A stretch of 64,000 nucleotides of DNA from Alphaproteobacteria bacterium (lineage in GTDB: Bacteria > Pseudomonadota > Alphaproteobacteria > Paracaedibacterales > CAITNM01): assembly GCA_947487955.1 (NCBI GenBank), contig CANKYV010000003.1, positions 15,165 through 79,164 on the forward strand, in the 5' to 3' direction. Position 1 is the first letter of the stretch. Each line of letters begins with the position of its first letter. The position numbers and the translations under genes were made by a program. Positions 46,872 through 55,169 of this stretch are shown one piece after another. The notes beneath the pieces are model-generated. The model saw nothing but the letters and a program-made list of their open reading frames with translations, did not search any database and was not told the DNA's origin.

Positions 46872-47979
46872 ATGAAGGCTGAAAATCTCCACAAAGTCAA
46901 TCAGATCGAACAAGCATTAACCTTGCTGAGGAGGCATCTTTGACTGGGACGCAGCTCAAAAACACTTACAAACATTAGATCAACAAGCTGAATCCTCCAC
47001 GCTTTGGGATAATCCTACTGCCGCTCAAAAAATACTAAAAGAACGAGATACGTTGAAAACAGCTTTAAAAAGAGTCGTTGATTTAAAGCAAGATCTTGAT
47101 GATACCGTAACTCTAATTGAGCTGGCAGAGGCAGAGCAGGATCAAGCTACAGAAGCAGAAGCAGAAAAAGAATTAGATATTTTGTGCGCAAAGGCACTTA
47201 AGCTTCAATTAGAAAGCCTGCTTTCTGGTGAAGCTGATACTTGCAATGCTTTCATTGAAATTAATGCAGGTGCTGGCGGAACTGAAGCCCAGGATTGGGC
47301 AGAAATACTAGCACGTATGTACACACGATGGGCTGACAGCAAAGGATACAAGCTTGAAATTTTAGATGAAAGCCCCGGAGAAGAAGCAGGCCTGAAATCA
47401 ATCACCATAAAAGTTGATGGGTTTAGATCATACGGATGGCTAAAAACTGAAAGCGGCGTGCATCGTTTAGTGCGCATTTCTCCTTTTGATTCAAACGCTC
47501 GTCGTCATACCAGTTTCGCTTCTGTTTGGGTATATCCTGAAGTTGATGAAAATATTGATATTCAAATTGAAGAAAAAGATTTAAGAATTGATACATACCG
47601 TGCCTCTGGCGCAGGTGGACAGCATGTTAATAAAACCGAAAGCGCCATTCGTATTACCCACCTTCCAACTAATATTGCGGTGCAGTGCCAAAGTGATCGC
47701 TCACAACACCGTAACCGAGCACAAGCCTACACTATGTTGCGCGCCAGACTTTATGAACTTGAACTACGTGAACGAGAAGCAAAAGCAAATGCTAACAGCA
47801 GCTCAAAAACTGACATCGGCTGGGGACACCAAATTCGCTCATACGTCCTGCAACCATACCAAATGGTAAAAGACACAAGAACCGGTGTAGAACGCGGCAA
47901 TGCCCAAGGCGTGCTTGATGGTGATATTGATGTGTTCTTAGAAGCAAGCCTTGCTCAACGCATTGGCGAGAGCGACTAA
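46872..47979 (+). CDS. prfB: Peptide chain release factor 2, expressed through a programmed +1 frameshift (46872..46940 joined to 46942..47979)
   Basis: Frame 0 reads MKAENLHKVNQIEQALTLLRRHL, then an in-frame TGA at 46941. The +1 frame continues DWDAAQKHLQTLDQQ... into the ORF-track ORF (47053..47979), which carries SPF and GGQ (RASGAGGQHVNKTES). Confidence 0.95.
46928..46944 (+). promoter_or_regulatory. prfB +1 frameshift cassette (internal SD-like GAGGAGG, CTT slippery codon, TGA C)
   Basis: The sequence is GAGGAGG CAT CTT TGA C. This matches the canonical RF2 autoregulatory site, which has an SD-like element 3 nt before CUU UGA C. Confidence 0.9.
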
Positions 47980-48043
47980 CCTAATTAATAAAATATTAAG
48001 TGTTAATAACATAGAATAAAAAATAATTTTTAATTATTTTTTA

Positions 48044-49045
48044 ATGTATCAATATTTAGTATTTCTATTTCTTTCATTTCCTCAATTGTGGGCAGATGTT
48101 TTTCCTCTTGTGTCATTTGCAGGGAAAAGGTATACAATTCCGTTCGCTCGCCATATATCTCATGATCACGATGATAAATATTACGAAATATATTTTAAAA
48201 GCCTTGTAAAAAAATACAAACGAGACAGAATCAGTGATATGCCAGAGGTCATGCATGATCCTTTTAGTGTCCCTTATTCTACAATTAGCTGGCAAATGGA
48301 AGGTTTAGGAGCTTTTGTACCAGAATACGAACAAGGATCAGAGAAAATAAGAGTATATATAGCAAAAAAAAGACGATATGAAACTCATCCTCAAGCAGTA
48401 ATGGATCCTTTAGATTTTTCAACAATTACTAATGAATCTCATACTGAAAGACAACTCCTCAAAAAATTCTTAGATGACAAGCCTACAGGTATTTGTGGAA
48501 CTATTCTCATATTTACCGACAGCACCCCCTGCCAAGCACCTCATGCTGATAATAATCTTCTTTCTTGCACAGATTTTTATACTTTTTTAGCTGAAAGATT
48601 TCCAAACGTATCCTTCAAAATTTTTTTTAGATCCATGCGCATCGAAGAAAGTATCAAAAAAAGTGAGTATAAAAAGCTACTAGATTTCATTAGGATATAT
48701 TGTGAAGAAGCGTCAAGAGCTGGAATTGCAGATAATTATTTTCGATTAGCTATTATCAAAAAAAATGAACTAGGGGCAAAACTTTCAGAAGCGAGTGAGC
48801 ATTTGGAAGCAAGTGAGCATTTGGAAGCAATAGATGCAAAAGAAATAGTGTTAGAATATAAAGCTCAGCCAAAGAACCCACAAAATAACCGGTGGGAAAA
48901 AATTACTAATAACAGTTTTCCCATAACGATTATTAGACAAGTTAACTCTTGGCTTACCACGTTAAATTTTGAAACAAAAAACAAGCTATTTAATCATGTT
49001 TTCTCTTGGGACAAAGTAACGTATTGCCTCCTTGACAATGATTAA
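48044..49045 (+). CDS. Secreted hypothetical protein with an AID/APOBEC-like zinc-deaminase signature (candidate nucleic-acid deaminase effector)
   Basis: Signal-like N-terminus MYQYLVFLFLSFPQLWA. The central segment is SHTERQLLKKFL-(x17)-ILIFTDSTPCQAPHADNNLLSCTDFYTFLAERFPNVSFKIFF. This gives HxE, then 26 residues, then PC, then a Cys, then an FL...PNV.F.IF helix/strand pattern like AID/APOBEC. The confidence value refers to the functional call; the ORF itself is solid. Confidence 0.45.
   Translation: MYQYLVFLFLSFPQLWADVFPLVSFAGKRYTIPFARHISHDHDDKYYEIYFKSLVKKYKRDRISDMPEVMHDPFSVPYSTISWQMEGLGAFVPEYEQGSEKIRVYIAKKRRYETHPQAVMDPLDFSTITNESHTERQLLKKFLDDKPTGICGTILIFTDSTPCQAPHADNNLLSCTDFYTFLAERFPNVSFKIFFRSMRIEESIKKSEYKKLLDFIRIYCEEASRAGIADNYFRLAIIKKNELGAKLSEASEHLEASEHLEAIDAKEIVLEYKAQPKNPQNNRWEKITNNSFPITIIRQVNSWLTTLNFETKNKLFNHVFSWDKVTYCLLDND
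48788..48829 (+). repeat. 18-bp in-frame tandem repeat (2.3 copies; encodes EASEHL EASEHL EA)
   Basis: GAAGCGAGTGAGCATTTG / GAAGCAAGTGAGCATTTG / GAAGCA, read directly from the sequence. There is one synonymous difference between the copies. Confidence 0.9.
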
Positions 49046-49581
49046 ACTGTAATCTTTTTTACACTCTTATAGTTTTTGCCAGTTATGCTTGAATCAACTG
49101 GATTACTAGAAAGGTTTAATTCATCTAGTGCAGCACCTATAAAAGGAATGTTACTTAGCGCCTTCTCAAACAATTGGACATCTCTTCCTAAGTTATTCCC
49201 GCTTAAATTAATTTTTAAAACTGTATAAGGATGTATAAATCCTAATAAGCTCATTAATTTATCATCAGTAATTTGGCAATTAGTGATACTTAGCTCTGAA
49301 ACAGCAAAACCATACAAGAATGCAAAATCTTCAGTTTCCGAAAAAGCACAAGCATCAATTGATAAGCTTCTTAATTCTTCCTTATTAAATTCAAAGACGT
49401 CCCATTTTTCCCAAAAAGCGCAATCAATCTCTAGATTTTTCAGTTTAACGGATTTTAACGACGTCCCAACTGGCAACAACAGGGCATTCCAAGCATTCCC
49501 ACCATCAACATCTAAATCCATTCCATGAAGACCAAAAAACGTCGCGCAAAAAAAGATAAAAATGCGGACTTTTTTTGTCAT
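49042..49581 (-). CDS. Secreted leucine-rich repeat protein (ribonuclease-inhibitor-type LRRs)
   Basis: 179 aa. Signal-like N-terminus MTKKVRIFIFFCATFFGLHG. Repeats include LKNLEIDCAF, LRSLSIDACAF, VSELSITNCQITDDKLMSLL, LKINLSGNNLG and LDELNLSSNPV. Confidence 0.7.
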   Translation of the reverse strand: MTKKVRIFIFFCATFFGLHGMDLDVDGGNAWNALLLPVGTSLKSVKLKNLEIDCAFWEKWDVFEFNKEELRSLSIDACAFSETEDFAFLYGFAVSELSITNCQITDDKLMSLLGFIHPYTVLKINLSGNNLGRDVQLFEKALSNIPFIGAALDELNLSSNPVDSSITGKNYKSVKKITV

Positions 49582-49670
49582 ATTAATAAGATGAAAAATT
49601 TAACTACCAAAAGATAACATAAAATTATTAATTTTCAAAAGCTTCTTTAAATAAATTCTATAAAAAACTT

Positions 49671-50078
49671 CTAGCTTATCGGTGGATTTTTAGAGTTTCT
49701 AAACTCATTCTGCTGATTTGCTAAAACTTCTTTCAGCAGAACTTTCAATTCCTGGATTTCACGCTCAGCTTTTAGGTTAATATGATAATCTTTCTCAGCT
49801 TGAATTCTATCTTTTGCCTCTTGACGATTTTGACTCATCATAATAATTGGCGCCTGTAATGCTGCAATACATGAAAGAACTAAATTTAAAAATATGTAAG
49901 GATAAGGATCAAATGGTTGGCGAAAAATCACCCAAGAATTAAGAACAATCCATATAATAAGCATCATCTTAAAAAGAATAATAAATGTCCAACTCCCACC
50001 AAATTTGGCAACTTTATCAGCCCATCTTTCTCCCATAGTATTTTGTTGAGAACTATCTTTTGGAAAATTCTTTTTCAT
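49671..50078 (-). CDS. DUF1003-family membrane protein
   Basis: 135 aa. ADKVAKFGGSWTFI, then two TM segments with FDPYPYIFLNLVLS..AALQAPIIMMSQNRQ and a C-terminal coiled segment, which is the DUF1003 pattern. Confidence 0.75.
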   Translation of the reverse strand: MKKNFPKDSSQQNTMGERWADKVAKFGGSWTFIILFKMMLIIWIVLNSWVIFRQPFDPYPYIFLNLVLSCIAALQAPIIMMSQNRQEAKDRIQAEKDYHINLKAEREIQELKVLLKEVLANQQNEFRNSKNPPIS

Positions 50079-50101
50079 TTCAACTCCTATCAGTGCTAAT
50101 T

Positions 50102-53059
50102 TTATTCAGTTTCAGTCACATACCTTAACCAAAGTCGTGATATTTTTTCCAACAAACTATTTTGTCGACTGCGATTTTGCAAATCTTCAAATGGCATAGA
50201 TTGCATCAGTAATTCCTGATTTTTACAACAAAACTGTGGACCATCTCCATTTACAATCATGCATTGCCCACATATGCCTTGCATCATGCATTGCATAGGA
50301 ACGTTAACATTGGTAATTGTTTTAAGATTATTATTTAGCGACTTTTCTAACAAAAGAAGCTCTTTAGAAATAGCCTCCTGCATAGATGTTGATCCCATCA
50401 CAAAAAGCCAATCAACAGTTTGCAAAATATTTTCATCTTTTAAACAATACAACCCATCTATAGCATTTCCATGATTTTCATCAGCTTTAGCCTCTGCGTA
50501 ATACCACAATATTTTATCTGAAGCTAATTCAATTTCCTCAACATGTGTTCTATCAGTACTTGATCGGTATCCAGCTATCCAGTAAACCTTATTACCTTTT
50601 TCTTTTAATGCTTTCCCCATATGGATAAGGGCCAGATTAAAATGTCCACCCCCTATCAATAAAACATTTTGATTGCTAGGCAATTCAGTTGGCGTACCCG
50701 TGGGTCCCATTAAAGCTACAGTTTCTCCAGGTCGCAAAAATTGCGCTAGCATCGAAGAGCTTCCTATTTCCACAATCACAAAGGTAATGATTCCGCTTAC
50801 TTTATCAACTTTAACAGGTGTAAGCGCTAAAGCTTCCATGGCCAAGCGAGTGTCGTTCACAATAGGGGCAAGGGATTCAAAATTTTGAAGACGATAAAAT
50901 TGACCTGGTTGAAATGTTGCAGCAGCAAGAGGTGCTTTAACGTCGATTTGGATAAGATTTTTCGCAAGACGCGTTACGGTTAAGACCTCAGCTTTTAGCA
51001 AGTCATTCCACTCAACTTTAGGCAAAGGTGAGTTAGCTTTTAGGCTTTCACTAATATTTTGATAACCGTACTTTGCACTAGCAATTGCTTTTACCACACT
51101 TCCTGCATAACTAGGATGCGCGTCTCCAAAACTCAGGTGATTTTGATTTAATGGCTCGTGATGCGTTCCAACTGCCATAATAATACAACGCGCTGAAATA
51201 AATTCTTCTTTGTCATTACGTATTACCCACAAACCTTTTGCATACCCCGTGTCATCTTTTTCAATACGCAAAGGCACTAAGTTATGCTCAAAAATAATAC
51301 CTTCTTCTAGCGCTTTTTCAACTTCTTCATGATTTAAAGAATAGCTTGGCGCATTAGTGATATCAGAGCGGTAAATAATTCGAACTTCTGTCTCTTCACA
51401 AGTTAATAACTGTTCTGCGACAAGATGGTCCTGAACAGTCCACCACTTTTTAATCTCTTCTTCTCCATAAATTTCTAGCAACTTGTTATAACGATGCTTA
51501 AATTTTTTTACTTGCTCTTTGTAATAAGCCTTAGCTTCAGTTGCAGTATCAATTGCCGTTAGACCTCCACCAATTACCAAAATAGGACCCAAAATTTGTA
51601 AATTAGCTAAGGAATCTTTTTTTGCAGCACCCGTTAACTGCAATCCCATCAAAAAATCACTAGCTAAACGTACTCCAGGCGTTGATATTCCAGGTATATC
51701 TAATAACTTTGGCGCTCCTGCTCCTGTACATAAGGTAACAGCATCAATACCTAGTTGTTTATAATTACCTTCATGAATTTGTCCCCCAAAGCGGGTCGAG
51801 CCAAAAAATTGAATATTGTTTCTACGCTCAAGTAACAACCGTATTATTTTTAAATAATTTTTATTCCAACGAACCGTAATGCCATATTCCGCTACACCAC
51901 CAAAGCCACTAAGAATGCGCTCATCCAAATTCTCATAAAGCATGCTCACATCTTTAATTAATTTTTTTTCTAAAAGCTCAGCTGATAATGGCTCAAGCTT
52001 GGCGCCATCAATACCCACTACCATATGCCCATCTCGACTCAGATAATGCGCCAAACTAAATCCAGCTGGACCCAACCCCACAACAAGGACTTGGTAACCA
52101 GTCTCAGGCATAGGTAAAGGTTGGGTAAGATTCAACGGATTCCAACGAGTCAACAAACTATAAATTTCAAACCCATAAGGCAAGCTCAGAACTGAATTTA
52201 AAATATTAGTTTCAGCTCCAGGTGTATTTACAGGACTTTGCTTTTGAAAAATGCACGACTTCATACAGTCATTACAAATGCGATGTCCTGTTGCTGCAAC
52301 CATAGGATTATCAATCATAATTACAGCAAGTGCAGCGATGTTCATTTCCTTGCGCTTTAAAACATGCATCTGCGAAATTTTTTGATCTAGTGGACAACCA
52401 GCTTTTTTAGGGCTCTGAGCAATTCCTGTGCGGCAACTATCTTTGCCTTGATTGTGGCACAAAATACAGTAATGCGTTTCACCTACTGATTGCTCGTTTG
52501 AAAAACCAGTATCAGTTAAAGAAAAACCGTCTCGCTCTCTGTGATTAGTCGTCACATATGAATGATCAACTTGTTTTATATTTCGTAGCAAAAAATTAGA
52601 ATTAATTTTTTCAGGCAAACAAAAAAGTGAATCAAATTTATGTTTTTGCTGCCCTTGGGACGTAAACACGGCCCATGCAGCATATTTCGCCAAATCATCC
52701 AAATGCGATGATTGCTGCTCAAGAGCACCGAGCGCAACTTTAGCAAATGTCAGCGCATTCGTAAAAGTATATAAATGTTGCCAATCATCTTGTGGAGTAC
52801 AAAATTCTTTCAATGCATAACGTTGTACAAATTGTCGTTTTGCAAAGGCTATAAGACTGTATTCAGAAGCATTTAGATAAAGCTCAGACAAAGTCTCGTT
52901 CAAGCTGAATTCTTCACATAAAAATTCTTCTAAATACTCTGCTGTCTCAATGAGTTCAAAACTAAAATCAGGATCTTTTGTTTTTACAAACTGTAAAAAA
53001 CATTCATGTAGTTTGCTTAACCCTTGAAGGGAATATAATGTATCGTAATCTAATTTCAT
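50102..53059 (-). CDS. Multidomain oxidoreductase: unknown N-terminal domain, GltD-like Fe-S/FAD/NAD(P) module and PyrK/NfnA-like FAD-[2Fe-2S] module
   Basis: Cys clusters CILCHNQGKDSC..GCP and GHRICNDCMKSC. Dinucleotide motifs VLVVGLGPAGFSLA and ILVIGGGLTAID. The C-terminal ferredoxin-reductase-like part ends in CMMQGICGQCM. I prefer the start at MKLDYD (53059) because a hairpin occupies 53060-53088; 53092 is the alternative. Confidence 0.75.
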   Translation of the reverse strand: MKLDYDTLYSLQGLSKLHECFLQFVKTKDPDFSFELIETAEYLEEFLCEEFSLNETLSELYLNASEYSLIAFAKRQFVQRYALKEFCTPQDDWQHLYTFTNALTFAKVALGALEQQSSHLDDLAKYAAWAVFTSQGQQKHKFDSLFCLPEKINSNFLLRNIKQVDHSYVTTNHRERDGFSLTDTGFSNEQSVGETHYCILCHNQGKDSCRTGIAQSPKKAGCPLDQKISQMHVLKRKEMNIAALAVIMIDNPMVAATGHRICNDCMKSCIFQKQSPVNTPGAETNILNSVLSLPYGFEIYSLLTRWNPLNLTQPLPMPETGYQVLVVGLGPAGFSLAHYLSRDGHMVVGIDGAKLEPLSAELLEKKLIKDVSMLYENLDERILSGFGGVAEYGITVRWNKNYLKIIRLLLERRNNIQFFGSTRFGGQIHEGNYKQLGIDAVTLCTGAGAPKLLDIPGISTPGVRLASDFLMGLQLTGAAKKDSLANLQILGPILVIGGGLTAIDTATEAKAYYKEQVKKFKHRYNKLLEIYGEEEIKKWWTVQDHLVAEQLLTCEETEVRIIYRSDITNAPSYSLNHEEVEKALEEGIIFEHNLVPLRIEKDDTGYAKGLWVIRNDKEEFISARCIIMAVGTHHEPLNQNHLSFGDAHPSYAGSVVKAIASAKYGYQNISESLKANSPLPKVEWNDLLKAEVLTVTRLAKNLIQIDVKAPLAAATFQPGQFYRLQNFESLAPIVNDTRLAMEALALTPVKVDKVSGIITFVIVEIGSSSMLAQFLRPGETVALMGPTGTPTELPSNQNVLLIGGGHFNLALIHMGKALKEKGNKVYWIAGYRSSTDRTHVEEIELASDKILWYYAEAKADENHGNAIDGLYCLKDENILQTVDWLFVMGSTSMQEAISKELLLLEKSLNNNLKTITNVNVPMQCMMQGICGQCMIVNGDGPQFCCKNQELLMQSMPFEDLQNRSRQNSLLEKISRLWLRYVTETE

Positions 53060-53088
53060 AAAAATAAGGGGCGCTCTTTCAGCACCCC
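53060..53088 (-). terminator. Candidate rho-independent terminator downstream of tlc
   Basis: The minus strand reads GGGGTGCT-GAAAG-AGCGCCCC (8 bp, one G-U pair) followed by TTATTTTTAT. It begins 37 nt after the tlc stop. Confidence 0.55.
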
Positions 53089-53124
53089 TCATACTAGCTT
53101 AATCGTAGCTTTTTAACAGCTAGA

Positions 53125-54651
53125 TTATACTTCACCTAGTTTTTGCTTCTGCGCAGCTGCTTTCACCTTTACTGAAAGTGCTTTTACAGCATATAGCCAA
53201 GCTACTGCAATGATTGCAAACACAGCAAAAGCAATCGGAGCAATCGACACAACATCTTTAGTTGCAAAAGCAATCAGCAACATGTTTTGCACGAATGCAC
53301 CACCAGCTTTACCAGCACGACCACCAATTACATCAACTGCAGCCTTACCTTTTGTTTTTAGCTCATCATCCAACGGAATGTATGCCATTTCCTTTGTTGG
53401 ATCAAACAAAATATATTTAATTGCTTTTGATACAACAACGATGCCAAGTCCAATGAACATAGCAGCAGCAATAGCATGCGTGTTAAACATTTGCAAAATT
53501 GGTTCCATTAGACCTTCTGCAAGAATTAAGCAGAAGAAAGCTCCTCCAGCTACCAAAATTACTAATGGAGTAACCATCGCAGCTTTCGCCCAACTTACTT
53601 TTCTTAAAATATTTGAACCTATTGTTAAACCAAATAGAATAGTAAAAATACCAGTTGCTGTAGACAAAATACCCATATAGTAGTTAAAGAGTCCTTTATC
53701 GCCAGAGCAGAATAAACCTAACTGATTCTTCCACTGTACTTCAACTAAGTTAATAGTAACTCCATAAGCCATAATCAAAAGAGCGATTAATCCAAGCTCA
53801 GGTGAGTGAATAATAAGCTTGAAGCTTTCAGCAAGACCTGGTTTTTCTTTTTTCTTCTTCACAACCACTTCTGCAGGATCAAAGTAAAGCTTATCGGTCA
53901 GAACTTCTTTATGCATCCAACGATACATATACATAGCAATTAGTCCCATTGCTACTACTGTAGACATAAGAAGGTATAGCGTTACTTGCCAAGGGTCTGT
54001 TCCCTCTGGAACCATATGCTTAATATGTTCCGAACAAAACATAACTGTAGGACCAGACACAACAAGAGCTGCGTTACCAATAACTGCAAAAAGTCCATAA
54101 AAACGCTTTGATTCGCGCATACGCACAACATGGTTTGCAAACTGCCAAAACATCAAGGCAATCATTGCGCTTCCCCAAATTTCAGAAAGCACATAGAACA
54201 ACGAAAATGCCCAGTATGCGTATAAATCAATAAACCCACTTAAAGCAGGATATGCAGCATGTAATGCTTGTACTGATTCAACTGAGGGATGAAGTAAGTG
54301 AAGATTAGGGTAAATGATAAAACCAAACACTCCAAAAAACACAACGAAGGGTGTAACAACCGCATAGAATACATTTTCACGTGTCATAATATTTGTTAGC
54401 TTTGCATACAAAACAACAAACAATATTGCTGCTGGTGTAACACAATATAACTTCAAAAATGTAATGGCTCCTGCACCTGCTGAATTCACCACAAGAGAAT
54501 CCTTCGTATCACGAAGCACCGTGTAGTTAAATAACAGGCAGAACATGATAACACCAAGCGGTATAAATTTCTTTAATTCATGTGAATGTATTGGCCAAAG
54601 CCGAGCACGTAGGCCCGTAAACTCTGGTGTCGATTTATCTGATTTACTCAT
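53125..54651 (-). CDS. tlc: ATP/ADP translocase (NTT-family nucleotide transporter)
   Basis: 508 aa, about 12 TM segments. The N-terminus LRARLWPIHSHELKKFIPLGVIMFCLLFNYTVLRDTKDSLVV and the later FWQFANHV and AAVDVIGGRAGKAGGA segments are characteristic of rickettsial/chlamydial Tlc/Npt1. Confidence 0.9.
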   Translation of the reverse strand: MSKSDKSTPEFTGLRARLWPIHSHELKKFIPLGVIMFCLLFNYTVLRDTKDSLVVNSAGAGAITFLKLYCVTPAAILFVVLYAKLTNIMTRENVFYAVVTPFVVFFGVFGFIIYPNLHLLHPSVESVQALHAAYPALSGFIDLYAYWAFSLFYVLSEIWGSAMIALMFWQFANHVVRMRESKRFYGLFAVIGNAALVVSGPTVMFCSEHIKHMVPEGTDPWQVTLYLLMSTVVAMGLIAMYMYRWMHKEVLTDKLYFDPAEVVVKKKKEKPGLAESFKLIIHSPELGLIALLIMAYGVTINLVEVQWKNQLGLFCSGDKGLFNYYMGILSTATGIFTILFGLTIGSNILRKVSWAKAAMVTPLVILVAGGAFFCLILAEGLMEPILQMFNTHAIAAAMFIGLGIVVVSKAIKYILFDPTKEMAYIPLDDELKTKGKAAVDVIGGRAGKAGGAFVQNMLLIAFATKDVVSIAPIAFAVFAIIAVAWLYAVKALSVKVKAAAQKQKLGEV

Positions 54652-54909
54652 TTCCTCTTTACCTTAAAGTTGTTAAAAATGGCAATAACCCCGAGAAGTT
54701 CAAGCATCCAGGGAAATACCGCCTCCATTTTGAATAAAAAAACACTCAAAATAGTTTTTTAGTTTACGTTAAAGAATACTAAATATTCTTATTACAGTCA
54801 ATATTTAGCTTGTTTTTTTAAAGTATACAGTTATAGAGATAAACGTAATTAATTTTCTTTGCACATAACTGCTAGGAATCACTTAGCTTCATAGTATATG
54901 CTTATTTTC

Positions 54910-55155
54910 ATGATAAAAAAGCTTATATACAAAAGTCACTATCGCGGCACAAAAGAAGGAGATTTTATTTTATCTTCTTTTGCAAAAAGTAGCCTTGCAA
55001 ACTGTTCTAAGGATGAAATCAGAATGTACTCAGAACTACTTGAATATAAAGATACTGAAATTCATGAATGGGTCTTATTCCCTCAAAATTCCCCAGCTCT
55101 CTTAAAACCAATTATTTTAAAGATCGCTACTTTTCATGGTTTTACGAAGTTTTAA
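54910..55155 (+). CDS. sdhE: FAD assembly factor SdhE (SDHAF2/DUF339 family)
   Basis: About 81 aa. The pattern L.YKSHYRGTKEGDFILSSFA...L...S.DE...Y..LL...D.EI..W matches RGxxE(L)D...F SdhE-type proteins. The start is either 54898 or 54910. Confidence 0.7.
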   Translation: MIKKLIYKSHYRGTKEGDFILSSFAKSSLANCSKDEIRMYSELLEYKDTEIHEWVLFPQNSPALLKPIILKIATFHGFTKF

Positions 55156-55169
55156 CAAAAGGAGCTAGC

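Noticed and set aside
46784-46881. A 10-nt inverted repeat (CAGCCTTCAT ... ATGAAGGCTG) that would pair the prfB start codon with a site 78 nt upstream.
   Set aside because: It is a single 10-mer with no flanking extension and a long, unstructured AT-rich spacer. Matches of this size are expected by chance several times in 64 kb of AT-rich DNA.
53210-53680. A 156-aa plus-strand ORF antisense to tlc.
   Set aside because: It is the mirror image of a hydrophobic membrane-protein gene (Ala/Ile/Pro-rich, with no start context). The tlc frame carries the diagnostic NTT motifs across its full length.
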